A stretch of DNA of 59,865 bases, the filler included, from Basidiobolus ranarum (Eukaryota), in NCBI GenBank assembly GCA_040143965.1. It is 4 parts of 4 records of this genome, joined end to end, with 100 filler letters (N's around TTAATTAATTAA, not from the genome) between each part and the next. Parts side by side here need not be neighbours in the genome. Positions count along the whole stretch, not along the records: positions 1 to 14,911 come from JASJQH010000405.1; 3 more parts are not named here. The stretch is one strand, 5' to 3'. Of the stretch, positions 1 to 12,885 are shown in pieces (position 1 is the first letter of the stretch; each line of letters starts with the position of its first letter). The notes below the pieces were generated by a model. That model worked only from the letters and a program-made list of their open reading frames with translations. It did no database searches and was not told where the DNA came from. A program made the position numbers and the translations under genes.

Positions 1-117
1 CAAGTGATTCCAAATATGAGTCTATCTTAGTGTACCAGGCACTGGGTGATTGTTTAAGTCCATAGAGTGATTTTTGTAGCTTACACAAGTCCTCAGGAGA
101 GATCTCAGAATTGATCA
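1..117 (-). mobile_element. Ty1/copia reverse transcriptase fragment (cut by contig start)
   Basis: Manual minus-strand translation gives LCKLQKSLYGLKQSPSAWYTKIDSYLESL, matching the copia RT (RVT_2) motif CKLxKSLYGLKQxPRAWY. Confidence 0.85.
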
Positions 118-577
118 GAGAGATTGACCATTGGCCGAACTATCGAGAAATGGTACCACCATTTAGTTTAGTAGCACATACACGCCAAATCAATGGATTA
201 TGGCGGTAAACAGTTTATTGAGGGCAAGAATGGATTCCAGACATGCAAGGGAAGGCCAGGTAAATCTAGTAGCCATGAGACTTGTGTATCAGGCAGTATA
301 CTACTTGGTGATTAATGCAATAGACTGGCGAGCAGATTTTAGCCTAATGGATGAATGTGCAAATGATCGTTACGCTCAAATCGTACATATTCTGTTTATT
401 TTGATGCAAGTCAGAAGGGTGTTGTCTAAATTCCGAACAATCACAGTAAAATACATAGAGATCGATAGATGTTGACGCATGGGAATTTCCAACTGAATAT
501 CCTTTCCAAATAGAGCTCTGCTATGATGATGTGAGCATGTGTATACCACCATTTCTGATCTCAGCATGTCTTGAACC

Positions 578-961
578 TTAGTCATCGTATTGTATTGGAT
601 CAGGTCTTCCCCCAGTAGTGTAATACACTCGAAGATCCGGGTTCCTTTCAGATCCTACATAATCGTCGTACTCGGTGGGAGCCTTGATGTTGGGCTCCAG
701 TCCTTGGTCTTTAAGCTTGGCATCACCCTGAAGAATATTATGTTCGCCCTCTCTCTTGAGACTCTTGCTTCCAATTAGCGAGCCCACCCCATGCTTAAAG
801 GAGGCTTAGAAAAGAATAAAGAAATGAATTCATACAAATCTTACCTGGATTGATCCCTTCATCTTATCCGCTAACCCGGAAATCGTGGTTGTTGTGGATC
901 GCTCAGGTTTGGAATTTGGAGCAGGTGACTCGTAATGTCCGTGGTACGAAGATGCATTCAT
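578..961 (-). CDS. Small CsbD-like stress-response protein (2 exons)
   Basis: Exons 961-845 and 793-578, separated by a 51-nt GTAAGA...TTTAAG intron (844-794). The spliced product includes DKMKGSIQHGVGSLIGSKSLKREGEHNILQGDAKL, which resembles the CsbD repeat. An alternative upstream ATG lies at 991. Confidence 0.55.
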
Positions 962-2177
962 GATTGTTAACCCAGCCCCGGAAGGCAGCATCTTGCCTAT
1001 TTATTCAATAGCGCAAGGTGGGCACTAGACTGCTGAATATACCAACAGAAATAAGCAAATAGTAGGTGCGTGACGTATGAAATCGGGTGGAGAAGTCAAA
1101 ATACTAAAATATGCCATCACAGCAGGGAAGGTCCACAACGCTAGGTCGCAATTGACTACTTTGAACGCAGCCAAATCCACACACAATAAATCGCTGCTTT
1201 CCAATGGCCATCGGCACTTTAACTTGCGCTTACGTGATTGATCTATTCCCACTTCATGGCCAATCATGAGGGGATGATGACAAGACAACGACAAACCCAT
1301 TCCGACCAGTCGTTGGATTGGGATTATAGTGTAAGGTGAGTTTAAAGGGTGTGATATGATTGACTCATCTTCCATATGGATATTTTGCATATTAGCTCCG
1401 GTGGTCTACCCAATGACACACGATGTTGACCACGATTCGGCCAATGCATAGCTAGATAAAATGTTTCAAAGTATCATTGCTAGATGTGTTTGGTGGGTGT
1501 GCAGCATTGATGTAATTGTTTGGATTGGAAACATCTCGCTAACTGGATCTTCTACTCGGGTTAATAGGAGTGCTTTTGATCGTTCGTTTAGCTTCTCACT
1601 GGCCGATAATTGTACTGGCCACAAGAGTCTGCAACTAATTGCGAATACATATCCTCGATCTAGGTAACAATCTTAATTTTCGGTATTAGAAATTCATGAC
1701 TCGCATTACGGATTTGCATATTACCTCATGCATAATGCCAGTCACAGGATTGGACCAAGCTTCTATGGGTTCCAGTAGCTCCATCTAAATGGGCGATCCC
1801 GGCAACTCATAGATACTTGCTTTGTTAGACAGAGAATACCTGTACCAAGAACTAATTCAAGATCATATTTTGGATAGTAAAAACGATTGAAGGCCAGCAA
1901 CAGTTATACTGTGAGCTATCGTTATCAGTGTAGGGCCTTTTTAATTTCTATAGTTTTCAATGGGGAATTGAAGCCTCAATGAAAGAACTGGAGCTATTAG
2001 TGATGGTGAAACTGAGAATATGTTTGAAGCAAAGTTTAGGGGGTTAGCTAAATATCACTAAAGTACACTTGATTTTTTGTGGCTTGGGAAGCAACCAACA
2101 GTCCTGAAGAGGTTCAAATATTAAGGTTTTGTAAAGCAGCTATAATCCTACCAACATAACCCCAGGAATACTCTTCA

Positions 2178-2497
2178 CGTTGAAGTATTTTGGGAGTTGG
2201 TTGGAAGTGGTTTAGAGAATTAGAGAAATTGGTGGTTTTCACTAATTGATTTATTGAGTAGAGAGTTGACATTTATAGTTTTGTCAAGAGGTAAACAAAC
2301 AAACGTGTAGAATGTGTTAAGGAAGATCCCAGGAACATGTGTGCAAAGTTTGGGGTTTCTAGCACAGGTTTGAAAAATCTATATATCTTCAAACTTTCAA
2401 GTAAATTCCGATTGAGAATAGTGAGTGATATCTTAGCCTAAACACCTATATAGCTTAGTATTTAGTTATTCCATATCAAACTATGCTAATTTCAACA
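2178..2497 (+). mobile_element. Solo LTR (copia-like), copy 1, with 5-bp target-site duplication
   Basis: 320 bp with (C/T)GTTG...CAACA termini, flanked by CTTCA at 2173-2177 and 2498-2502. Similar to five other copies in the window. Confidence 0.85.
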
Positions 2498-5400
2498 CTT
2501 CATACAATATTACAATACTTCTTGAGGTTTTCTTCCAGAAGGATGGATACTCCTTCACATTTATACCTGATGAAAACCACTTTTCAGTTATTAGTAACAT
2601 TCTAACTACTAATATGAGCACTTGAAGAATTATATTGATTAGCACATGAAAATAGCTCAATTCTGACAATGTTGAGCATGATGATATATTTCAGATTTTG
2701 AAATTCCTCACAGGCATTCTGACTTGTATTTTTCTAAAGCAGGTGTATATACAAGTAGGTGGACCAACGAGTGCGATGATAAGAACTTTCCAAAAAAAGG
2801 CAGGACATACATAACTAGAGGTCTAGCAACGTAAAACACATTCATTGCAGTAGAGTATTTGCTTGCACGCAAATAAGGAGACATAATTCGTAAGTATTAG
2901 CTATTATGTGGATATCTCAATCAGATATCTGGCTATACTGCCAGATTTTCTTATTGTCAATATCTTACAATAGCACTGCCTGGTTGATACATAAAGATTG
3001 TTGAGTCAAATTACTGCAATTTGATTGAAGATCAATGGTTGGTCAGCCATAATTGCGAGATAAAGAGAGCTAGAAAGTACTCCAATACTTATAAGAAATT
3101 CTGGGTTGTATGATACATTTATGTACAAGTGTCTGGACACTGATCATTACACTTAATGAAGAACATCCCCATTAATTCCTACCAACGCATCCTATTCAGT
3201 GTAAATTAAATGATATAAAACTTTAATCCGATCATTAAGAACACTTCAATGCTCTCCATCCAACAGCAACAATGCTAAATACGAAGTGTCAAATACTGAT
3301 TTTCATTGCTTCATACTGTTAATGGTTGCGTTGAATGCCGCAAGGTTAGTGAAATATTTTCAAACAGACTTTCGAACCTGAGATTTCCAAAAGATCGGTC
3401 AAAAAGATAAAAGACAGAACCCTTGAGAAATTTGGGACATTAAAAACGTAACTTCAAAAAGACAGGAAAATTCATATCACATGACAAACAACCTCAGCCG
3501 AAAACAGGTCATTAATGGATAATAATGGTTGTATATATATCTCATTCGCCAGATATTTGCATCGACGGTAGTACAACTTTTTACGATAACCCAGAGGCGC
3601 CCTCGTGTAGTTTGTGGTTTTCGTTCTGAAGCTTGGGAAGAAGTATGCTATAACATGAGATATCATTGTAATCAAAAGACCTCATCGGTATTGACTACTC
3701 GTGAACTACCAAAACAAATCGTCTCCTCTATTTGGATTCAGCTGTCTTCTCAATAGTTGATTTATTTTATTCACTGAGTCAGAGTAGATCAGTATTGATG
3801 TCAAGATAGGCCATCAGAGAGACTGCCATTGGCTTGTTTTCTGTCCCCCTTTACTTCTCTCAAGCCTAGGATATATATAGCCTGCTATTACCGTCATAAA
3901 TACCAGCATTAGACAAACCTTAAATACGATTTTTTCCATCAAATTTGCTACTTTAAACAACCCACAGTTTCTCATGTAATAATCGGGAAATAAATGATCA
4001 GCGTATGAGGGAATCTGACTCATTTACTTCATACTCCAGGGTTAACACTACTGAATAAGTACCCTTTCCTATCAAGCGATTGCAATTCATATACAGAAAT
4101 GCGGATTTCCGCTCTAACTTCATTTCACCATCAGAAATAGTAAATTCCATGATTACAGAGATGTTCTAGGACGCGCAAACCATTTGAATGACAGCTATTA
4201 CTGTTGGAGACACAAAATATGGCGTAACAACAGTAGGAATGGTGGGGTTTCTAATCCGCCTCAGCTTTAACAAACTGTGGTATTCTCTCGAGGACTGCTT
4301 GTTCATATGACCAAGAAGTTTCGAAAGAATAGAAATATTGGCATGCTAAATAGTAGTTAATATCACCTTACGTTTATGTGAAATATCTTGGGATTCGGCT
4401 TGCCATATTAATACTGATATATACGGTGATTTATTATAGTGATGTTGAGATTAGTGTAAGTTATGATCGTATTTCTAAATTTAGCCGACACTGCGTGAAT
4501 GGTGAATATGTACAATCCGAGTTTTTACATCAACCTACGAAACAAACAACAGAATCTGCATCCTCTTAAGTCTTCCCACATTATGTTTGCCAGTGTCACG
4601 AGTTAGTCCAAAGTGGTCACACACTGAAGTAGTTGCTAACAAGTTAAAATTAATAAGAAACCGGATGCCATTGCTAGAGCAGATAGTCAATAGAGAGTTT
4701 GACTTGCAGTGCCTTCATGGAGGAAATGAGGATGATTAACATATTCACTTGTGAGAAGGCTCTCTACAAAAGGCTGGTATTTTTTTCTCAGCATTCAACG
4801 GCCACCGTAGCCCAGAAGCCTCGCTCACTGAAAAATGTGTGCGATAGAACCAAATGCTCACCAGCCAATCACTCATTGATTTTCATTAATCTCAGTACAA
4901 ACAGGCTGGTTGGAATATATATATATTCATTGAGTATATCCAAATAAGTATCTTCTTGTTCATGATTCAGCCGACACCAAGTCATATGATTAGGATCCAT
5001 CACAGACCATTTTTTATGGCAACGTGTAGAACCCTAACAGTTGGATACGGAGTTGCTGATCTAGGTTCGGTATGACGAACGTGGTCTACCAATGCACAGT
5101 CAAGAAGTAGTTACCCGAGTTCAACTTTGACTTGCGGTGGAGAATATGTAAATGGAAAATTCTCGATTACTCTAACACACTTGCAGCCCCACAGTGAGAA
5201 GAATACTTTACACTCCAATACACTTGGAGAATGTCCGATACTTCGCACATTACCGAATTTTGTAGAAGGAATGACAGCCTCGAACGAACTACTGCCATCA
5301 TGACACACCTCCATTGGCAACTTTAGATTATAAACACTATTAGCTCGACCGTGTGGCGTGGCTAAATGTCTGACGAATGGTTAGATACATCAAACAGTGA

Positions 5401-6630
5401 CCAAAACGGAAGGGGAGATATAAGCTACGTGGGGTGGTTGGTCAGGGATATCCAGACGGGCAATGATATTACTGTGGTAACCAATTATAGAAACAAACTC
5501 GCCCAATATCAGAGTTTGATGGGCTTGGTTAGAAAAACTTGAATACATGATGCTAGAGTAGTCTACGATTATCAAATGAGTCCGTGAGATCGAGTGTGAA
5601 TTCCGGAAATTCTCTAGACACCATTACTAGGGTAATTTCTGATGTTGAGTTGATTGGCATTCGGTTACTTGCCGATACCAACCGTTACAAGGCTTGAGAA
5701 AGTTTAGAGCTTTAGTCTATATACGAGCATGAAGACGTTCATGTCCAATTTTGCCTCCCGAATTCAACAGATAACGGCGATATTTCCAAACCAAGTACTG
5801 GATCAGACGGGGTTTGAAAGCTGGATACAAGGTGAAGATTCCAGGAAAAGGTGATTATAGTGCCTCCTCTCTGCTCACGTCGAGGCTTGATATATGCCAC
5901 CGGATCCAATACCTTCACCGTTCAAGGCCAATACTAAGCAACATCCATCGTGAATATTACCTTCGTGATCCATTTAGAGTAAGCAATGGTCTTGGTTACT
6001 AGGAGAGAGATTGAAAGTCAAACCTAGAAGCAGATATAAAGCCAGTTAATGTAACTATGGCCTTCAATTGGATTTGGTATGAGTAGTACTATTCATTCTA
6101 GATGTTCACGAGTTTCGTGATCCACTTAATGTGCTTGCTGTATCAAGTATCTCGGAAAGTGGTGATTCTTAGGATACCATCTTTGATGGTCCGGTTTATA
6201 TTACCTCTCCTTGTGCACCCTTATTCCTGAGATGGTTTCTGCTTCCACGATTCTATTAAATCCCTCACTTCGAAGAAGTGGATAAAGTATGATTTATTGA
6301 GTAGCTTGTCAAGACGCAAGAATTCCAAAAGCCTACTAACTAATTCCACTTTGAATTTCGATGGAACCTCAGCATCCAATCCCACGACACCTTTGTGATA
6401 GTAGCATGTCCACGAATGGTGAAATGGAGAGTTACTTAACGATTGGATGATCAACTTGAACGTTATCTGCTGATACAAAATTCACACAGACTGGTTCTAG
6501 GTCTTCACTCTCCTCTATTGCAATCCCCTCAAAATTCCAAATCCGTCCTCCCCATTTTCTATGCTCATCCAGAGATTATAAATAGGTCGATGGTCTTCGT
6601 AATCTTTATACATTTGATATCGCCTTTAAG

Positions 6631-7323
6631 ATGAACACCAGTGGACCGTTAAACATCTCCAATCTGCTCAATAGGGATAAAAAGTCCCCTACGCCCAATC
6701 CATACTTCCATACATTTTCTATAGCTACCAACGTCACGAAGGCCCCACGCCCTTATGCGTGTAGTCTTTGTGATAAATCGTTCAATCGTTTGGAACATCG
6801 CACTAGGCATCTTCGCACCCATACTGGCGAAAAGCCCTACCACTGTGATTTCTATGGCTGTTTGAAGAGCTTTGCTCGTTCTGACGAGTTACTTAGACAT
6901 AAACGAATCCATGGAAAGAAACCTTCCAGCAGTGAATCAGTAAGTGCACAGCTGGATTCTCCGAGAAATACTGCCGTCACTCCAAAGCATAGACCAGAGG
7001 AAATGAGCCTTCCCTCAGTTAGAAGTAAAAGACCCCGGCCGACTCCGGTTCTTTCCTAACAGGAGCATGGCTTCTCTCTGCCTGCACCTGCTAAAATTTA
7101 CAACGATCAATGGGTCTCCTCCGAGCCAGCTAGCCCCATTACTCCAACTGATATTGAAAGTTACCCAGCATTGGCCCCTAGTCATTATCCATTCGCCGAA
7201 TCGTGTGAACCTATATTTAACACAGCATACCAATGGAAAACATCTATGATTATTAACTCGAGAACTCCAACCATCCCAAAGACAAATTCGGTCTTTTCTG
7301 TTGAATCCCTTTTAAACCCTTAA
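6631..7323 (+). CDS. CreA/Mig1-like C2H2 zinc-finger transcription factor
   Basis: [56 protein letters not shown] matches the CreA/Mig1 finger pair. Removing a probable 123-nt intron (6940-7062, GTAAGT...CTAACAG) removes the TAA at 7057 and extends the frame to ...FSVESLLNP* at 7323. Confidence 0.85.
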
Positions 7324-10300
7324 TTTCGTCCTTGGACGGTTTGTTTTTTCCAGTGTAGATAATCCCCCCACTCTCAACATTGAGCACCATGAGTAGATAG
7401 AGAATCATAGATTTTTATCATCAATTTTGCTTGTATATACAATAAAAATAGTTCTCTAACTATATAAACGTATCCAATTATGAATTCAACATCAACAGAA
7501 ATCATGCATACGCTCGCCTGTACGCTCTGATGTAACAAACATGCCCCTTAATTATCTATATCAAAGATCCTGCTTTAGGGTTGAGAGATCATCTGCTACA
7601 CATGATGTTTCTGGACCAGTGAAGTGTTTGCTCGTGTTACCTGAATCAAGTAATTTGGATAGATATATTAGCCTTAGGAACTCCTCAAGACTGGTTGGTG
7701 GGATATAATTCTGTAACCATTGCCAAATTGAAACCTACTATGTTGCGGATAATTCAATGCAACAGTAATCAGAAGGGAATTGTCCAACAATCTAAAAAAA
7801 TATATTGATCACACTTGCTACCCAAACCCTATTGCCTTGCGCTGATGAAACCAATTGTAAAAATATCGTGAGCATATGGATCCAAGACTAATTTAGAAGT
7901 GGCCTTACTTCATGACCTGCGTAATACATTATATTTCATCTTCTTGTACGTCCAGTGTGGAATTTATTCATAGCGAAAATCTCATAGCAATGTGGTATGA
8001 AGAATCTGGCTAATCCTTGAGACTCCTCCATACGCGTAAAACACAAAGAGAACCAAAAATGAACAGGACATCCAAATCGTAGCGGATTCTTTAACCATTG
8101 GATATTGCTTCATATCGCAAATGTACAGCGAAAAAGCGGGGGTAACATGTTCTAAATTTTCACTATCAAAACAAGGAAATACCCATACAGTAAATTGAAT
8201 TTCCTTAAATGCCAAGAATCCTGATTGTCTATTTTTCACAGGCAGAAATAACAAGTTCCGATCAACCCTATTTAGTCATTTGTGCCCAACAGTTTAAATA
8301 GGCGACACAAATGACGAGGAACGACATCTAGCAAGCTGGGATGTGACACCGAATACGATATAAGGCTAATATGTACGGCACAACTTGATCATAAGCCACT
8401 CAAAAAGAATACTATCATTAATTCCGATCATTTGAGGTCCATCGAGTAGGTTTCATTTTAAAGCCTGTTTCCATCAAGAAATTCGTATACACTTGGTCTG
8501 GATAGTACTGCCGAGTATTCATTAGAATACTTCCGACGCAAGAGGGTTAACTCTGGCTTGAACTGATGCAAATTCACCCCTCTTCTGGTGACTGCTTAGT
8601 TCTATTGTCTTTTAACCAATTTATCCCACCACCATGTTGCCGTTGATCTATATACATCACGTACTGCCATGGTGAGACATGGAACTAATAATCTTCAATC
8701 ATGACATCATGGCATGTCACGAGCACAAAAGCATATTTTATACGGATCCAGACAGATAATCCTAGTGGTTGCACGCTCAAGCCCATACACACTCCATCCT
8801 ACTTTGCCAATACAAAAGTACCATACTCATTATTTCCGACAAGAAACTAGGTATTCTGACAAGGTTCTAGTATGAAGCCTGTACCCATGCTGAGAATTCA
8901 TTTCATTTTGCTATTTTATTCCCGCTATAATGATTCGGATAGCCACAAGTTTGAGTGGGCCAATAGGAGAGAGTAATATCGAGCCATATCAAGCTCTCCA
9001 CGGTCTAGACCTTGCCCATGGACACAGCCAATGAATCCATTTCAAATATGTGAAAGTCATAGAATCATAGAAGAAACCGCCGAGCCCAATCAATCCACTG
9101 GAGTCATCATCTGTAGATACTTTGGTGTAGAATCGCACCGTCGTGAGAACTACGTAGTAATAATGAACCATCTTTCCTATAAGAGAATGCGATAGCGAAG
9201 ATAATGGCATGGGTTTGTTGATGAGATACAGACTAACAATTTGAGCCAATCAAGAGTGCTGAAGCTACTAGTGCAAATCACCATCTATTTGTTCGCAATG
9301 CCATGTAAAAATCAGAGGGGATCTTCACCTCATAGCATCTAATACCTAGGTTAGTGGTCTGAAATGTAGATCGAATTTATTAGGCACACATGCTGGAGTA
9401 CATGGTACAGGGACCTCTCTAGCGCTACCATTCGCCACTACTAGCACAGCAAGTCAAACTTTGCCAAACATAATCGAAGACCTTGTGTAATCTTACGAAT
9501 ATTGTGATCGTATTCAGCTCCAAATATATAACATTCTGGATTTCTTATCTATATGCCTTAACAGAAACGGTGTTGGAAGTAATTTCATCTCCGCTTACCT
9601 CTATTGGTTGTAGATATCGTGAAGTGGTCACCCTCCAAGAGATCAGAGCACAGTGGCTGTGATCATGTCACCAAATATATAGTTTATCCTTCTTATGGTA
9701 ATAGTTGGTTTATTTCAGAGTTTCTTGCTATTTTCCCCGCATTGGGAGATTATATTGAGGTTCCTGGCGGACTAGTCCACGGTGTATGTATACTTCAACC
9801 ATATTCTGGCTGGGTGGATGAAAAGACTTCTTTTTGCATTAAAGAATGAATCTTTTAGGTATAGTATTCACTTTATGTGGAACTTTCATTTAACACTGGG
9901 CTCTTGATGTGAAAATTTCTCATTCTTGCTTTGATGATTACGCAGTTAATGTTCTATTTTTATATGACATAGTCACCCTATATATTCCTATAAATTGTTG
10001 GGGGTAATAACACAGTTAATGCAAAGAATTTCAAATATTCACAAGCTGTTAGTTGTCTATATATATATTTGAATTTTTAGTTCGCAATTGGTACTAATAA
10101 ATATAGAATATGTTGTCCCAGGCCAATGTCCGGTTTGATCCGTGATGCAAGCAATATGATAAGTCCGCTTTAGGTTACCCACCATTCTGGTTGAGGTAAT
10201 AAAAAGGAAATTGGAATGTTATTACTTGATTCAAGCGTTACAGACTTCATAGTTCCACCCACAATTTGAGTTTTAGCCTTCTGTCGTTCAGTTGGGCAGC

Positions 10301-10396
10301 TCAACTAAATTTGACATTTGATAATAAAGAGAGTAGAAATTCGGTATTAGTCATTTGTATTGTTGTTACCTTAATATTTGACACGTATGTGATTTC

Positions 10397-10709
10397 TGTT
10401 GAAAATGACATAGCTTAGCTCCCTAAATTTCACTATTTTATTATTCAATATCTTCACTCGGAATTTACTTATAATCTGAGAACTTCCCAGTTGGTAAAAA
10501 TATTCTATGATTTTCTCAAACTTGTCCAAGAGACCCCAAATCTTGTACACATATTCCTGGGACCTTCCTGAGCATATTCTACACATTCCTTTACCTACTC
10601 TTGACAAAAGTAGAAATGTCAACTTACACTCAATAAATCATTAAGTGAAAACCACCAATTTCTCTAGTACTCCAAGCCACTTCCAACAGGCTCCCAAAAT
10701 ACTTTGACA
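10397..10709 (-). mobile_element. Solo LTR copy 2
   Basis: Reverse-complement match to 2178-2497 (e.g. AAGTGAAAACCACCAATTTCTCTA, GGCTCCCAAAATACTT). TGT...CAACA ends; no clear TSD. Confidence 0.8.
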
Positions 10710-12885
10710 TATATATCGTGAACTGTTGTATAGTTCATAAATACAATGCTTGAAATGAATCAGTGGGGATAGCATACTCTGTTACTTTCTCAATTTCTTT
10801 GTACAATATCTCTTCCTTGAAAGCTGCTGCTTTACTGGCTTTAAACACTTGTGTATTCTATGAAAATCATTGTAAGCATAAGGGATAAAAGTTTGTAGCC
10901 ATACTTCAGTACACTTCTCTCTTTGGTATGTGGGATATAAATATGAAAAACTGAGACCAAGAAAATCCAAAGAATATTCACCAAAGCATTTCCTTGCTTA
11001 CTCTTTAACTTTGAGCAAACTTCAGCACTGAGCTAATTATAGGGCCACTACGAAGATCGTAGACTTATACCCGGAGAGTATGACATCACTGACAGTAAGA
11101 GTATGTGCTAGTGAACTAAATAGTAAAGTTTGATTTGTACACAGAATATCTGCATAGCATGAATTGGAGAGATTCGAAAAGCTTTTAACTCTTTAGGGTT
11201 GCAAGTCTTATATCTTGGCATTAATATGGATAGATCTGCAATTTCTTTTCCTATTCCTCGCTAGTGACTACTTACATCATCCTTATCCCCCACCTGGACC
11301 AATAAACAGCGTCATCGAAATACGCAGATGGTTTTTTTCCGGCCAACATGAATCACACTATATAAAGAATTCCCATATCCAAAGTTTCATCGATATTGAT
11401 AAAATCACGCGGATCTTTTAGTATAATATTTTGAATATCAAACCAAGAACGGCGCTTGCACAACTACTACAGTTTAAAATGAGGTGAATATATATACTTC
11501 TTTCGTTACCACGTTAGGAATATGGCGCCTATCGTCACCCAAGATGTAGGGATAACATGTGCTGGTCACAAATACGCCACTTTAGAGAATTTAAATCTAT
11601 TATATCCAAGCCATATCGAAGAAGGTAAAAGCAAGGGGTAGAGAATGGAATCCATCACCATCACGAGAAGGAATAACAGGGATCCTACCTGAGTCTAGAG
11701 ATATCTCTCTGGTTCATGCCGCCCTTGATTTGCTACAGATAACTACTTGACGTTACAGCGTAGGTTTTTTGGGAACTATCGCGAAATCTTGAAGACATCT
11801 CAACCTGCGCAACAATGACCTAAACAATAATCGTCAGGTATCTGATAACACATATAGAAGCAGATAAATTCGTAGTCCCTGAATACAATTAAGCAATCAC
11901 AGATGAGTACCACTTTCGGCTTGATACTAAATACAAACCTTTCGTAATACACTTTCCTCTCGATCAAAGTCAAATAATATCATTTCTCCCCACTAATGGG
12001 CTGAGTAGCAATTATAAGTGATTTCAGATCAGCCGATTTATGGTAGTTGTAACGGATCCAAACTATACTTGGTCCATTGTAAGTCGACAATCCATGTCTA
12101 GTAAATATTCTCAAGGAAATATGTAAAATCCCATTACTCGCCTCTAGCTTCAAACTTACTATCAAATATAGCTGAGATGAAGAAATCAACACGGATGTCC
12201 GTATTCACCTGACTTCTCAGAAATGAGCTCTGCTACCACCTCAGCATATGAAGCCACAGAGAGTACACCATATGGTTGCATGACATGTATCCTTTTTATT
12301 AGTTCAGAACCAACTAGTAAATCACTCGTTCACACTTCCACAGTATTAGTGCGTTTCAGTAGATATATTTTCTATGGGCTGACTTCTGCTGATGAAAGAG
12401 TAGCACCGTATGGCGTGACAAACATACATACTCCGCTCAGTCAGAGGTTCGTATTTGCGGAGCTTATATACTTACGAGGCACTATATGGAGTTAGTCAAG
12501 TTAGTTACTCGTTGTCATGACATTGTCAAGGCCATTCATATCTGATTAAACCTTGGATCAAGTTAACACATGGTGTGATAATTCCATAAGTGAAACCTCC
12601 AAAATAATATCATACATTTAGAGGTATCATTAGCGGTAATATATTAGTCCAATAATATCTAATTTAGTCAACCATAAAATACAAACTGGGCATTGACCGA
12701 CCAACCGCGCGATTTATACGACATTGATTGGGATCTGGGATTCTTTAATCCTCCAAACGCGAATTATCTATGCTGAGACTAGTACGTATCTTTTACATAC
12801 TTTCACCACTAAACAGTGAACTAAACAATACTTTCGAATACCATATAGTATTTAAGACTACGTAAGATATCGAAGTGTAAACACA

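Noticed and set aside
10740-11030. Possible highly decayed IS630/Tc1 transposase fragment on the minus strand
   Set aside because: Only faint resemblance (YGYKLL) and no intact diagnostic motif.
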